A DNA stretch of 64,000 bases, taken from the NCBI GenBank assembly GCA_963665125.2, contig CAXXUK010000001.1, positions 640,001-704,000 on the forward strand, written 5' to 3'. Both the position numbers and the translations under genes were made by a program. Below, piece by piece: positions 10,069 through 21,048 of this stretch; the first letter of the stretch is position 1, and the number at the start of each line of letters is the position of its first letter. The notes under the pieces are model-generated. The model was not told the origin of the DNA, made no database searches, and saw nothing but the letters and a program-made list of their open reading frames with translations. Source of the DNA: an uncultured Desulfarculus sp. (lineage in GTDB: Bacteria > Desulfobacterota > Desulfarculia > Desulfarculales > Desulfarculaceae).

Positions 10069-10115
10069 AAAAAAGAGGCAGACGAAGCGTTAAGGGTTTC
10101 GTCTGCCTTTTGTTT
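10069..10115. terminator. Bidirectional terminator
   Basis: aggcagacgaa/ttcgtctgcct stem with A and T runs between convergent genes. Confidence 0.8.
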
Positions 10116-11526
10116 AGGCGTGTTCAGGCGGGGTGATGTCGTATTTAGCCATCTTGCCGTAGAGCGTGCTGCGGGCAATGCCCAGGACCTTGGCAGCCTG
10201 GTATTTGTTCCAGCCACATTTTTCCAAGGTGCCCGAGATCAGGTCCTTTTCCTGGTCATAGAGCCTGCCGGTGGGTGAACCGCCGTTGTTGTCGCCAAAG
10301 GCCATGCGCTCGGGCAGATGCTCCATGCCCACCACGTCCTTGCGGCACATCAACACGGCGTGCTCAACGACGTTGCGCAGTTCGCGCACATTGCCCGGCC
10401 AGTTGTATTCCAAAAGGCGGCCCAGTGATTCGCGGGTGAAACCGTAAATGGATTTGCCCAGCTTTTCGCTGTGGGCCCGCAGGAAGAAGTTGGCCAGGAA
10501 CGGAATGTCCTCCGGGCGGCGGCGCAGGGGGGGGACCTCCAGGCGCACCACGTTGAGGCGGTAATACAGGTCTTCGCGGAACAGGCCCCGCTCCACTTGT
10601 TGACGCAGGGGCTTGTTGGTGGCGGTCACGATGCGCACGTCGGCGTCCAGTGTCTTCTCTCCGCCCACCCGTTCGAACTGGCGGTCCTGAATGACCCGCA
10701 GCAGGGCAAGCTGGGTCAGAGGGCTGATCTCGGCGATTTCATCAAGGAATATCGTGCCTCCGTTGGCCAACTCGAAGCGGCCGGCCTTGCGGCGGATGGC
10801 CCCGGTAAAGGCGCCTTTTTCATGGCCGAACAACTCGGAACTTAGAAGGGTTTCGGGATAGGCAGAGCAGTTGACCACGATAAAGGGACCATTGGAGCGC
10901 TTGCTGTATTTGTGGATCACCTCGGCCAGCAGGCTCTTGCCCGTGCCTGATTCGCCTTCGAGCATGACCGTGGTGTCGGTATGAACGACGTTGTCGAGGA
11001 TGTCTGCCATTTCCAGGACCTGGGGCGAACCGCCCATGACCTTGGCCAGGTAACGGCGCATCTCCAGGGTTAGCTTGGCCTGCTGGCGGCCCATGCGTTC
11101 GGAGATCAGGTCTTCGTACAGGCTCCTGATCCTCAGCATCACCCGGACGCGGCTGAGCATGGTCTCCACGTCAACCGGTTTGGACATGTAGTCTTCGGCG
11201 CCCACCTCCAGGGCCTTGATGGCCGCGTCTTTTTCATGGAGGGCTGAAAGCACCACCACCGGCACGTAACGGAGTTTGCCGTCACTTTTTATGCGCTGCA
11301 GCACTTCCCAACCGTTGAGTCCGGGCAATATGAGGTCCAACAGGATCAGATCAAAGTCGCCGCCCGCCATGAGGGTGTCCACCGCTGAAATACCGTCGTA
11401 GCAGACAACGGTTTCATAGCCCTCGCTTTTCATCAAGGAGCTGAAAAACAGGGCTGAATCGTGATCATCCTCGACAATGAGGATTCTGGCGTGTTGTTTT
11501 GAGACTGGAAGGGGCGGTTTGTTCAA
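10114..11526 (-). CDS. sigma54-dependent response regulator (REC-AAA-HTH)
   Basis: Receiver, [24 protein letters not shown], Fis HTH; start uncertain. Confidence 0.9.
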   Translation of the reverse strand: MNKPPLPVSKQHARILIVEDDHDSALFFSSLMKSEGYETVVCYDGISAVDTLMAGGDFDLILLDLILPGLNGWEVLQRIKSDGKLRYVPVVVLSALHEKDAAIKALEVGAEDYMSKPVDVETMLSRVRVMLRIRSLYEDLISERMGRQQAKLTLEMRRYLAKVMGGSPQVLEMADILDNVVHTDTTVMLEGESGTGKSLLAEVIHKYSKRSNGPFIVVNCSAYPETLLSSELFGHEKGAFTGAIRRKAGRFELANGGTIFLDEIAEISPLTQLALLRVIQDRQFERVGGEKTLDADVRIVTATNKPLRQQVERGLFREDLYYRLNVVRLEVPPLRRRPEDIPFLANFFLRAHSEKLGKSIYGFTRESLGRLLEYNWPGNVRELRNVVEHAVLMCRKDVVGMEHLPERMAFGDNNGGSPTGRLYDQEKDLISGTLEKCGWNKYQAAKVLGIARSTLYGKMAKYDITPPEHA

Positions 11527-12097
11527 TACTATTCCTGCTCCTTTGGGGCCAGGGCGCAATTGCCGCAAGCCTCGGCCAGACGGGCGAGGGCATAATCTTG
11601 TGACAATTCGGGCCTAGGTCCGCCCTTGCCATAGAGGGCGTTTCCTTCAGTGACCAATATGGGGCAGGTTCCGGCGGCGATATGGAGGCATTTTGTCCAA
11701 AGAGGGTCGTTACTCACGCTGCGCTCCTTTCGGCAACGAAATCGCAACGCCGTAAAAAGTGAGACAAAATGATCATACAGGTTCTCCGGTAGCGGATCAA
11801 GGATCATGAAACGTCAGAATTAATTAATTTTTCCGATGGCAAACGCTCAAAATACGTTCGGGATGAAAAACGGCAACCTTTGAATACGTAATCACCGGGT
11901 TATTCCTGTAAAAAATATAGGACTATTAGTAATAGGTTATTTTTAAGGTACAATAAAAAAACAGGCTGGTTGTGAGCGTCCATTCGGGGCCGGGAATTGA
12001 TCGTTCGGGTTACGTTGTTTGCCGTCTTTGATTAACGGCCGGGGAAGGACCACCCGGACTCGGTTTGGCTTGGCGCGATAAAAAGGGGGAGATTGCG

Positions 12098-12913
12098 ATG
12101 AGACTTTTCAAGGCGCTGGCCGTGGTAGCGGCCATGACGATAACCATGTCGGCCTCTCCGGCCGTGGCGGACATGATCAACCTGTCGCTTGATTTCGGTG
12201 ATCCTTCCTGGTCCGGAGCGGGAAACCAAACTTCATACAGCCGCACATTCAATTCCGGAACAACGGACGAACTGGGCGTGACCCTCACCGCCAGAAGCTG
12301 GGGCCACGATCATTCCGGCCACCAGGTGGACTACAACGCAAAGATAACCCAGCACGGCGGCGGATTGGGTGTAAAGGACATCGCCGGGCCGGGAAGCGGC
12401 CATCTCATCGACGACAACACCTTTCGCCACGGCAATAGGGTGGAGGAGTCCATCGAGGTTTCGTTCAGCAAGCCCGTGGACATCAACAGCTTCTGGGTGG
12501 GAGATTTCTTTCAGGAACAAAACCTGTTCGGCCAGGTCACCGGATGGGAGGCGGGCAAGTTCATCGCCTATGACGCCGACGGAAATATCATCTACAACAT
12601 GAGTTTCAATGCCGGTCAGGTCAGCCTCGGCGATCCCGGCTATCTGGGCTACGGCCGCCGGCTCTACGATGACTCGACCCTGGGTATAAACCTAAGCAAT
12701 ATTTCCAGCATTGCCTTTTTTGCCGACAGCGACAACATGAACCCCGGTTCGTGGCGGATATTGGGCGGCATCGGCGACAAAAGCAACTTCAGCCTGGGCG
12801 GTCTGAATGTAAGCTATGAAAAGACGGCCGACCCCACCCCTGAACCGGCCACGGTGTTGCTGCTGGCCTCGGGGCTGTTGGGGGCCGTAGCCATCCGCCG
12901 CCGCCGGTCATAG
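12098..12913 (+). CDS. PEP-CTERM sorting-domain surface protein
   Basis: Signal peptide; C-terminal PTPEPATVLLLASGLLGAVAIRRRRS. Confidence 0.9.
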   Translation: MRLFKALAVVAAMTITMSASPAVADMINLSLDFGDPSWSGAGNQTSYSRTFNSGTTDELGVTLTARSWGHDHSGHQVDYNAKITQHGGGLGVKDIAGPGSGHLIDDNTFRHGNRVEESIEVSFSKPVDINSFWVGDFFQEQNLFGQVTGWEAGKFIAYDADGNIIYNMSFNAGQVSLGDPGYLGYGRRLYDDSTLGINLSNISSIAFFADSDNMNPGSWRILGGIGDKSNFSLGGLNVSYEKTADPTPEPATVLLLASGLLGAVAIRRRRS

Positions 12914-12933
12914 GCCGACTCCGACAATAAACC

Positions 12934-12962
12934 GCCCCGGTGTAACGGCCGGGGCTTTTTTA
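12934..12962 (+). terminator. Intrinsic terminator
   Basis: gccccgg/ccggggc stem plus T6. Confidence 0.8.
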
Positions 12963-13020
12963 TGCCTGGGCGCGGTTGGCCCTTGCAAGGCGCAGCCGGG
13001 CGTCGTAGGCTGCTGGGATC

Positions 13021-15849
13021 ATGATCGTAGCCGACCTGCACATACACTCGCCATTCTCACGGGCCACGGCCAAGGCCATGCTGCCCGAGCATCTGTGGAT
13101 GGCCGCCCAACTCAAGGGCATCGACTTGCTGGGCACCGGTGACTTCACCCACCCGGCCTGGTTCGAGATTCTCCAGGAAAGGTTGGTGGAGACCGGCGAC
13201 GGCGCCTATGAGCTGCGGCCCGAGGTGGCCGCTACAGTGCAAGACCAGGTTCCTGCGGCCTGCCAAAGGCCGGTGCGCTTCATCCCCTCGGGCGAGATAA
13301 GCAGCATCTACAAGCGCGGCGGCAAGACCCGCAAGGTGCACAGCCTGATCCTGATGCCCACCCTGGAGGACGTGGCCCGGCTCAACCAGCGCCTGGACAG
13401 GCTGGGCAACATCAAAAGCGACGGTAGGCCCATCCTGGGCCTGGACGCCCGGGATCTGCTGGAGCTGTGCCTGGAGGTCTGCCCCCAGGTGATCTTCATC
13501 CCGGCCCATATCTGGACGCCGTGGTTCAGCGTGTTCGGCAGCAAGAGCGGCTTCGACTCCCTGGAGGAGTGCTTCGGCGAGCTCACCGGCTACATCCACG
13601 CCCTGGAGACGGGCCTGTCTTCGGACCCGCCCATGAACTGGCGGCTCTCGGCCCTGGACCGCTTCACCCTGGTCAGCAACTCTGACGCCCACAGCCCGGC
13701 CAAGCTGGCCCGTGAGGCCAACCTGCTGGACTGCCCGCCTACCTATCACGACCTGGCCAGGGCCCTGGAATTGGGCCCCGAGGGCGGCTTCAGGGGCACA
13801 CTGGAGTTTTTTCCGGATGAGGGCAAATACCACCTGGACGGCCACCGCAAGTGCAACCTGCGTCTGAGCCCAGCCGAGACCAAACAGTACGGCGGGCGCT
13901 GCCCGGTGTGCGGCGGGCTGATAACCGTGGGCGTGCTGAGCCGGGTGGAAGACCTGGCCGACCGGCCCGAGGGTGTGCGGCCCCAGGGCGCGGCGGATTT
14001 CCAATGCCTGGTGCCCCTGGACGAGGTGGCCTCGGAAGTGGCCGGGCGCGGCCCCGCCACCAAGGGCGTGCAGGAAGCCGTGGCGGCTATGCGGGCCAAG
14101 CTGGGGCCGGACCTGGATATCCTGCGCAATACGCCCCTGGAAGACTTGGAACGCCTGGCCGGGCCGGTGATGGCCGAGGCCGTGCGCCGGGTTCGGGTGG
14201 GCCAGGTGCGGCCCATTGGCGGCTATGACGGCGAATTCGGGGTGATCAAGGTCTTCACCGAACAGGAGCGGGCCGAGTTCGCCGGGCAAAAGGCCCTGCT
14301 GGATTTGGGCGGCGCGGCGCGGGCCCCGCGTAAAAAAAAAGACCTGAGTCTGCCCCTGACGCCCAAGGCTGATCCGGCCCAAACTCCCAAATTAAGCCAA
14401 AATGACAACGGGGTGTTGAACCCCGAGCAACAGGCGGCCGTGGACTATCGCGGCGGGCATCTGATCGTGCGGGCCGGGCCCGGCTCGGGCAAGACCCGCA
14501 TGCTGGTGGCCAGGGCCGGGGCCTTGGCCCACGGCGCGGGCGGCGGCGATTTGCTGATGATCACCTTCACCCGCAAGGCCGCCGAAGAGATGCGCCAGCG
14601 CCTGGCCCAAACGGGCGCGGCAAGCCGGGCCACGGTGAGCACGTTCCATGCCCTGGGCCTGGGCATCCTGGGCGACCAGATCGGCCAAGCGCCGGAGTTG
14701 ATCGACCCTGACGAACGCCAGACCTTGATCAAACAAATCGCCAAGGACCGCGACCTGCGTCCGGCGGATGTCGAGCTGGCCGTCAGCCGGGCCAAACAGC
14801 GCCTGAATGCCCGCCCCGAGGCCAAATACATCGATGCCTGGCGGGCCTATCACGCGGCCGTTGACGGCCGCCTGGACCTGGACGACCTGGTGCTCAGGGC
14901 CGTGGAGGCCCTGGACCGCGACGCGGCCTTGTCCGACACATGGTCAAACAGGTTTGCCCATGTGCTGGTGGACGAATACCAGGACGTCAACCCGGTGCAG
15001 GTGGAGCTGCTACGGAAAATTTCGGCCAATGCCGCGGTCACGGCCATCGGCGATCCGGACCAGGCCATCTACGGCTTTCGCGGGGCCGAGAGAGCCCTGT
15101 TCGATTCCTTTGAAATGACTTTCATGGGAGCGGCGGCCCTGACCCTGCGGCGCAACTACCGCAACGCCGAGCCGGTTTTGGCGTCCGCCGAAGCCCTGAT
15201 GAGGGCCGAGAGGGAGGCCGAAGCCATGGCGGCCATAGCCGGGCCTGGGCCGCTGATCACCTGCTGCGAGGCGGCCGATCCAATGGCCGAGGCCCGCTGG
15301 ATCGCCGGACAGGTCGTTGATCTTTTGGGCGGCCTGGATTCACGGCAGGTGGAAGGCGGGGCGGACGCCAAAGGCAAGGGGTATGGCGCGGCCGATATCG
15401 CCGTTTTGTACCGCCTGCATGCCCAGGCCGGGCCAATTACTGAGGCCCTTGCCGAGGCAGGGGTGCCCTTGCAGGTGGCCGCCGACCGGCCCCTGGCCGA
15501 ACTCGATCCCCTGGACCTGCGGGCCCAGCGGGTCAGCCTGCTGAGCATGCACGCGGCCAAGGGCCTGGAGTTTCCGGTGGTGTTCATCGCCGGTCTGGAA
15601 AGCGGGCTGCTGCCCTATGAGCCGCCCAACAAGGCTCCGGCTTTGGCGGCCGAAGAACGGCGGCTGTTGTACGTGGCCATGACCAGGGCCAAGCGTCGGC
15701 TGTACTTCAGCCGGGCCAAGCGCCGCACCCTGTTCGGCAACAGCTACACCCCGGAGCGCTCGCCGTTCTGGGCAGATCTGCCCGCCGACATGCTGAGCTA
15801 TGCCACAACCACTCGCAAAGCCAAGGCCCGGCAACTCAAGTTGTTCTAA
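13021..15849 (+). CDS. Endonuclease Q-like PHP domain fused to UvrD/PcrA-type helicase
   Basis: DLHIHS, GTGDFTHP, PAHIWTPW, SNSDAHS, GKYHLDGHRKC...CPVCG; then AGPGSGKT, DEYQD, GDPDQAIYGFRGA, HAAKGLEF, EERRLLYVAMTRA. Confidence 0.9.
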   Translation: MIVADLHIHSPFSRATAKAMLPEHLWMAAQLKGIDLLGTGDFTHPAWFEILQERLVETGDGAYELRPEVAATVQDQVPAACQRPVRFIPSGEISSIYKRGGKTRKVHSLILMPTLEDVARLNQRLDRLGNIKSDGRPILGLDARDLLELCLEVCPQVIFIPAHIWTPWFSVFGSKSGFDSLEECFGELTGYIHALETGLSSDPPMNWRLSALDRFTLVSNSDAHSPAKLAREANLLDCPPTYHDLARALELGPEGGFRGTLEFFPDEGKYHLDGHRKCNLRLSPAETKQYGGRCPVCGGLITVGVLSRVEDLADRPEGVRPQGAADFQCLVPLDEVASEVAGRGPATKGVQEAVAAMRAKLGPDLDILRNTPLEDLERLAGPVMAEAVRRVRVGQVRPIGGYDGEFGVIKVFTEQERAEFAGQKALLDLGGAARAPRKKKDLSLPLTPKADPAQTPKLSQNDNGVLNPEQQAAVDYRGGHLIVRAGPGSGKTRMLVARAGALAHGAGGGDLLMITFTRKAAEEMRQRLAQTGAASRATVSTFHALGLGILGDQIGQAPELIDPDERQTLIKQIAKDRDLRPADVELAVSRAKQRLNARPEAKYIDAWRAYHAAVDGRLDLDDLVLRAVEALDRDAALSDTWSNRFAHVLVDEYQDVNPVQVELLRKISANAAVTAIGDPDQAIYGFRGAERALFDSFEMTFMGAAALTLRRNYRNAEPVLASAEALMRAEREAEAMAAIAGPGPLITCCEAADPMAEARWIAGQVVDLLGGLDSRQVEGGADAKGKGYGAADIAVLYRLHAQAGPITEALAEAGVPLQVAADRPLAELDPLDLRAQRVSLLSMHAAKGLEFPVVFIAGLESGLLPYEPPNKAPALAAEERRLLYVAMTRAKRRLYFSRAKRRTLFGNSYTPERSPFWADLPADMLSYATTTRKAKARQLKLF

Positions 15850-17675
15850 ATCTCCGGTTGCACCGGTTCGGGCGGGGCCAATTCGCCCAGCAACTTGCGG
15901 AATTCCGCGTAGTCCAGGACCTCTTTTTCCAGAAGCCGCGTGGCCACGGTCTCCAGCAGGTCGCGGTGGCCGGTCAACAGTTCCTCGACACGTTTTTCCC
16001 GCTGGTCCATGGTCTGGCGCAGTTCGACATCCAGGGCAGCGGCGGTGTGCTCGCTGTATTCCTGGGCCGGGGGCAGCATGGTGCTGTCCGAGGGCAGGAA
16101 CACCGGTTGGTTGCGCCGGGGCAGGGTGACCGGACCCAGGGACTGGCCCATGCCATATTGGGTCAGCATGGCCCGCACCAGGTCCGTTGCCCGTTGCAGG
16201 TCGTTGGCCGCGCCGGTGGAGACCTCGCCGATGATGATCCGTTCGGCGACCCGCCCGCCCAATAGCACGTCAACCTTGCCTTCAAGCTCGGATTTGCCCA
16301 TCAGATACCGGTCTTCGGTGGGGCGCTGTTCGGTGTAACCCAGAGCGGCGATGCCCCTGGGAATAATGCTGATTTTGTGGACCTGGTCCGCACCCGGGGT
16401 CAGGGCCGCCACCAGGGCGTGGCCGGTCTCGTGATAGGCCACGATGCGCTTTTCCCGCTGGTTGATGACCCTGTTTTTCTTTTCCAGGCCGCCGATGACC
16501 CGGTCCACGGCCTCTTCCAGGTCGGGCATGGTCACTTCATTGCGTTCGGCCCTGGCCGCCAACAGCGCGCCTTCGTTGAGGATGTTTTCCAGGTCCGCGC
16601 CCGACAGGCCGGGCGTGCGCTGGGCCAGGATCTTCAGGTCCACATTGTCGGCCAGGGATATGCGCTTGGCGTGGACCTCCAGGATTGCCAGACGGCCTTT
16701 AAGGTCGGGTTTGTCCACAAGCACATGCCGGTCGAAACGCCCGGCCCGCAGTAACGCCGGGTCCAGGATTTCGGGCCGGTTGGTGGCGGCCATGATGATC
16801 ACACCGACCCGGGGGTCAAAGCCGTCCATTTCCACCAATAGCTGTTGCAGGGTCTGCTCGCGTTCGTCATGGCCGCCGGAAACGGCCATGCCCCTGGCCT
16901 TGCCCAGGGCGTCCAACTCGTCGATGAAAATGATGCACGGGGCCTTTTCCTTGGCCTGGGCGAACAGTTCGCGCACCCTGGCCGCGCCCACACCCACGAA
17001 AAGTTCCACGAATTCCGAGCCGGAGATGGAGAAGAACGGCACTGCGGCCTCGCCGGCAACGGCCCGGCTCAATAGCGTCTTGCCCGTGCCCGGCGGGCCC
17101 ACCAGCAACACGCCCTTGGGCATGCGGCCGCCCAGGCCGGTGAAGCGCTCGGGCGTCTTCAGGAACTGGACGATCTCCTCCAGTTCGAACTTGGCTTCAT
17201 CCACGCCCGCCACATCGGTGAAACGCGTCTTGATGTCCTGTTCGGCATGGACCTTGGCTCGGCTGCGGCTGAAGCTCATCACCCCGGCGCCAGGCCCCAT
17301 GCGTTTCATCATGAAATACCAGATGCCCAGGAACAGGAAAATGGGGATCATCCAAGACAGGATGTTGCGTAAGAATGTTGACTCCACCTCGCCGCGAAAG
17401 ACGATGTTGTGGCCTTCCAGGTCCTTGGCCAGGTCGGGATTGACCCGGACGGTGGTGAACTTGACGTCTTTGCCGTCCTTGTCCTTCATTACGCCGGTGA
17501 TCATCTGCTGGCCGATGGCCAGTTCGGTGATTTTATCAGCGCGCAGATCGCTCAAAAACTCGCTGTAGGCCAGATGCACCGGCCCCAAAGACGCGTAGAG
17601 CCAATTGTTGAGCAAAAGAACGAACCAGACGCCCAACAAGACGTACCAGATGGAAAACTTATGTTTTTTCTCCAC
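15846..17675 (-). CDS. ftsH: ATP-dependent zinc metalloprotease FtsH
   Basis: GPPGTGKT, FIDELD, HETGH; GTG 17675 with GGAG RBS. Confidence 0.92.
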   Translation of the reverse strand: MEKKHKFSIWYVLLGVWFVLLLNNWLYASLGPVHLAYSEFLSDLRADKITELAIGQQMITGVMKDKDGKDVKFTTVRVNPDLAKDLEGHNIVFRGEVESTFLRNILSWMIPIFLFLGIWYFMMKRMGPGAGVMSFSRSRAKVHAEQDIKTRFTDVAGVDEAKFELEEIVQFLKTPERFTGLGGRMPKGVLLVGPPGTGKTLLSRAVAGEAAVPFFSISGSEFVELFVGVGAARVRELFAQAKEKAPCIIFIDELDALGKARGMAVSGGHDEREQTLQQLLVEMDGFDPRVGVIIMAATNRPEILDPALLRAGRFDRHVLVDKPDLKGRLAILEVHAKRISLADNVDLKILAQRTPGLSGADLENILNEGALLAARAERNEVTMPDLEEAVDRVIGGLEKKNRVINQREKRIVAYHETGHALVAALTPGADQVHKISIIPRGIAALGYTEQRPTEDRYLMGKSELEGKVDVLLGGRVAERIIIGEVSTGAANDLQRATDLVRAMLTQYGMGQSLGPVTLPRRNQPVFLPSDSTMLPPAQEYSEHTAAALDVELRQTMDQREKRVEELLTGHRDLLETVATRLLEKEVLDYAEFRKLLGELAPPEPVQPEI

Positions 17676-17827
17676 GATATCGCTCCAAAGGTGGTGCCCT
17701 AAATGTAGGCGGCTGACGGCTGAAAAGTTCTGTTTACCAATAATAAGCCAATTACGCCGCAAATGGGATATGGATTCTGTTTTTAGTAGTGCTAATGAAA
17801 TGGTCGGTCGGTGGGATTTTGGGGTAA

Positions 17828-17865
17828 AGAAAACCCGGCGGAGGCGAGGGGCCTCCGTCGGGTTT
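17828..17865 (-). terminator. Terminator of RND operon
   Basis: aaacccggcggaggc/gcctccgtcgggttt stem, T-rich tail on the minus strand. Confidence 0.75.
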
Positions 17866-17881
17866 GCAGGCATAACATGAC

Positions 17882-20800
17882 TCAGGCGCTGTGCGTTTCA
17901 CCGGCCTGGGGCGCCTTGCCCCTGAATTTGGCGATTCGTAGTTGAGCGTCATCCAGAATCAGGTAGCCGCAGGGAATCAGCAACAGGGTGATCGCCGTGG
18001 CGAACAGCACGCCGAAACCAAGGCTGATGGCCATGGGTATGAGGAACTGGGCCTGGAGGCTGCGTTCAAGGATCATCGGGACCAGGCCGAAGAAGGTGGT
18101 CAGTGATGTGAGGATAATGGCCCGGAAACGCAGGGGGCCCGCCTGCCTGATGGCATCCCAGGCGCTGAGACCTTCTTCCTCGCGCAGGCGGTTGGCCGCG
18201 TGGATCAGCACCAGCGAATCGTTGACGACAACGCCGGTGAGGCCCACCATGCCCAGCAGACTGAGCATGCTAAGGTTCTTGGCCATCAGCATATGGCCGG
18301 CCACCGCGCCGATGATGCCGAAGGGTATGGCCGCCATGACGATGAGCGGCTGGGAAAAGCTGCGGAACGGCACGGCCAGCAGGGCGTAGATAACGAACAA
18401 TGCGATGATCATGCTGCGCTGCACGTCGGCCAGGGATTCGGCCTGTTCCCGGCCCTCGCCCTCCATGGTGTAGCGCAGTCCGGTGTATTGATTGGCCAAC
18501 TCCGGCAACACCGTGGCGCCCAGCCAGGCCCGGATCTCCGAGGCGTTGGCGACCTCTTCGTCCACGTCGGCGTAGACCTTGATCACCTTGCGGCGCTGGG
18601 CCCTTTCGATGCTGTTGTAGCCTTGTTTCATGGTCACTTCGGCCACTTCGCTGAACGGAATCTCCGTGCCGTCGGCCAGGCGGATGCGCATTGTTTCGAT
18701 GTCGGATACGGAACGGCGCTGTCCTTCGGGGTAGCGCACCAGGACCTTTACCTCATCCTGGTCACGCTGGATGCGCAGGGCCTCGGCCCCGTAGAACGCG
18801 GCGCGGACCTGCCGGGCCAGGTCGGCCAGGCTGAGCCCCAGGGGCTTGGCCGTGGGCTTGAGACCCAGCTGCATCTCCGGCTTGCCCGCCAGGAAGCTGT
18901 CTTCAATATCGAATACGCCGTTGTAATCGGCCAGCTTGGCCTTGAGGTCTTCGGAGGCCAGGATCAGCATGTCCTCGTCAGGCGCTGAAATGTGAACCTC
19001 GATGGCGTTGCCCGCGCTGAACAACTGGCTGGAGAAGGTCAGGGTTTCCACTCCGGGCACGTCGCCGACGCGTTCGCGCCAGCGCTTGACCAAATCAAAG
19101 GTGGATATGTCGCGATCTTCGCCGCCGAGGACCTCCACCCAGACATTGGCCAGGTGGCCGCCGGTGGTCAGGTCCTGGGCTCCGCCACCTCTGGTGGTGA
19201 CCCGGCCGCCTACAAAAGACATGCTGTACTTGATCAGGGGCGTCGCTCCCTCGGGCCTCTCCTTTTTGTCGATTTCAGCCAACACGTCCCTTGCTGATTT
19301 TTCAAGCAGTTCCACGACCTTAACCGTTTCCCATACCGGCGAGCCCGATGGCATGACCAACTCGGCGGTCATTACGTCGTGCTCAACCTTGGGGAACAGT
19401 GAGAACTTGATCCAGCCGCCGGCGATGAATCCCATGGTGATAAGGATCATCCCGATGCCGCAGGCCACAACGGCGTAGCGCCAGCGCAGGCAAAAATCCA
19501 GAAAGCGGCGGTAGGGACCGTTGATGAAATGCCTGAGCCAAACCGCGGTCTTTTTCTCCTTTTTACCACGCGACACCTTGAGTTTGGAGCGCTGCAAGTG
19601 GGCGGGCAGGATGAACAGACACTCCACCAGAGAGGCCAACAGCACCAGGATAACCACGATGGGGATGTTGCGCATGAATTTGCCCATCTGGCCGGTGGCC
19701 TGGACCAGGGGCCAGAACGCGGCCACGGTGGTCAACACGCTGAAGATGACCGGACGGCCGATGGCGATGGTGCCTTCGACGGCGGCCTTGAGCGGCGGCA
19801 CTCCTTGTTCGCGCAGGCTGAAGACGTGCTCGCCCACCACGATGGCGTCGTCGACCACGATGCCCAAGACCAGGATAAAGGCGAACAGGCTGATCATGTT
19901 GATGGACACATCGAAATAAGGCAGGGCCATGATGCCCGCCAAAAACGAGATGGGTATGCCCAGGGTGACCCAGAAGGCCAGGCGGATGTTGAGAAAAGCG
20001 CTCAACAGCAGCGACACCAGGACCAAACCCAGGACCATGTTGCGGGTGAGCAGGTTCAGACGGTCCCTGAGGATCTTGGAGTGGTCGGATAGGGTGTCTA
20101 TCTGGATGCCCGGAGGCATGGTCGGAGCCTTTTCCTCGACATATTCCTTGACCATGCGGGCGACGTCCAGGGCGTTTTGGTCGGCAACGCGATAGACGCG
20201 CACCATCACGGCGTGTTCTCCCTGGAAGCGGAACTCCATGTCCACGTCGTCCTGGAAGCCTTCCTTGATCTCGGCGATCTGGCCCAGCAGCACCTTGCTG
20301 CCGTCGGGATTGGTCAGGATCGGCACATCATAGTATTCCTTGGCCAGGTACTTGCGGCCCTTGGCCCGAACCAGGATCTCGCCGCCATCGGTCTTGATGG
20401 TGCCGGCCGGCAGGTCAAGGGAAAAGCTGCGCACCTTTTGGGCCACCTGCTCCAGGGTGAGGCCGTAGCGTTGCAGGGTCTGCTCCGGGATTTCAATATG
20501 GATGCGGCCCGTGCGGTTGCCCAGAAACTCGGCCAGGGTGATGCCCGGCATGTTGGTCAGGTCGTCGCGGATGTCTTCGGCCATCTTTTTGATGGATGCC
20601 TCGGGCGCGTCGCCGAACACGGCCACCCAGACGACCTGGTTGCGGGCCGTCACCTCCCGGATCACCGGCTTTTCCGCCTCGTCGGGCATGGTGGTGATGC
20701 GGTCGACCTCGCTTTTAACGTCGTCCAAGAGCTTTTGGGTGTCCCAGCCCTGCATGACTTCCACCAGGACCGTGGCATAGCCTTCGCTGGACGAGGAATC

Positions 20801-21043
20801 AATACGCTTTACGCCTTCTAGGCCGGCGACTTTTTCCTCGATGCGGCGTACAACGCCTTCTTCCACCTCGGCCGGGGAGGCTCCGGGATATTCAACGGTT
20901 ATGGCGATCTTGTCCAGGCTGAACTCGGGGAACGTCTCCAGTTTGATGCTGAAAACCGTGACCAAACCGCCGATCGTCAGAAACAACATCAGCAGGTTGG
21001 CCGCCACATGGTTTTCGGCAAACCAGGCGATCATCTTTGACAT
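17882..21043 (-). CDS. RND efflux permease (AcrB/AcrD/AcrF family)
   Basis: 1053 aa; GIVVDDAIVV; RFRAIILTSLTT. Confidence 0.92.
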   Translation of the reverse strand: MSKMIAWFAENHVAANLLMLFLTIGGLVTVFSIKLETFPEFSLDKIAITVEYPGASPAEVEEGVVRRIEEKVAGLEGVKRIDSSSSEGYATVLVEVMQGWDTQKLLDDVKSEVDRITTMPDEAEKPVIREVTARNQVVWVAVFGDAPEASIKKMAEDIRDDLTNMPGITLAEFLGNRTGRIHIEIPEQTLQRYGLTLEQVAQKVRSFSLDLPAGTIKTDGGEILVRAKGRKYLAKEYYDVPILTNPDGSKVLLGQIAEIKEGFQDDVDMEFRFQGEHAVMVRVYRVADQNALDVARMVKEYVEEKAPTMPPGIQIDTLSDHSKILRDRLNLLTRNMVLGLVLVSLLLSAFLNIRLAFWVTLGIPISFLAGIMALPYFDVSINMISLFAFILVLGIVVDDAIVVGEHVFSLREQGVPPLKAAVEGTIAIGRPVIFSVLTTVAAFWPLVQATGQMGKFMRNIPIVVILVLLASLVECLFILPAHLQRSKLKVSRGKKEKKTAVWLRHFINGPYRRFLDFCLRWRYAVVACGIGMILITMGFIAGGWIKFSLFPKVEHDVMTAELVMPSGSPVWETVKVVELLEKSARDVLAEIDKKERPEGATPLIKYSMSFVGGRVTTRGGGAQDLTTGGHLANVWVEVLGGEDRDISTFDLVKRWRERVGDVPGVETLTFSSQLFSAGNAIEVHISAPDEDMLILASEDLKAKLADYNGVFDIEDSFLAGKPEMQLGLKPTAKPLGLSLADLARQVRAAFYGAEALRIQRDQDEVKVLVRYPEGQRRSVSDIETMRIRLADGTEIPFSEVAEVTMKQGYNSIERAQRRKVIKVYADVDEEVANASEIRAWLGATVLPELANQYTGLRYTMEGEGREQAESLADVQRSMIIALFVIYALLAVPFRSFSQPLIVMAAIPFGIIGAVAGHMLMAKNLSMLSLLGMVGLTGVVVNDSLVLIHAANRLREEEGLSAWDAIRQAGPLRFRAIILTSLTTFFGLVPMILERSLQAQFLIPMAISLGFGVLFATAITLLLIPCGYLILDDAQLRIAKFRGKAPQAGETHSA

Positions 21044-21048
21044 CGTCT

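Noticed and set aside
12066..12086. sigma54 promoter for the PEP-CTERM gene (TTGGCGCG)
   Set aside because: No -12 TTGC element and too close to the RBS
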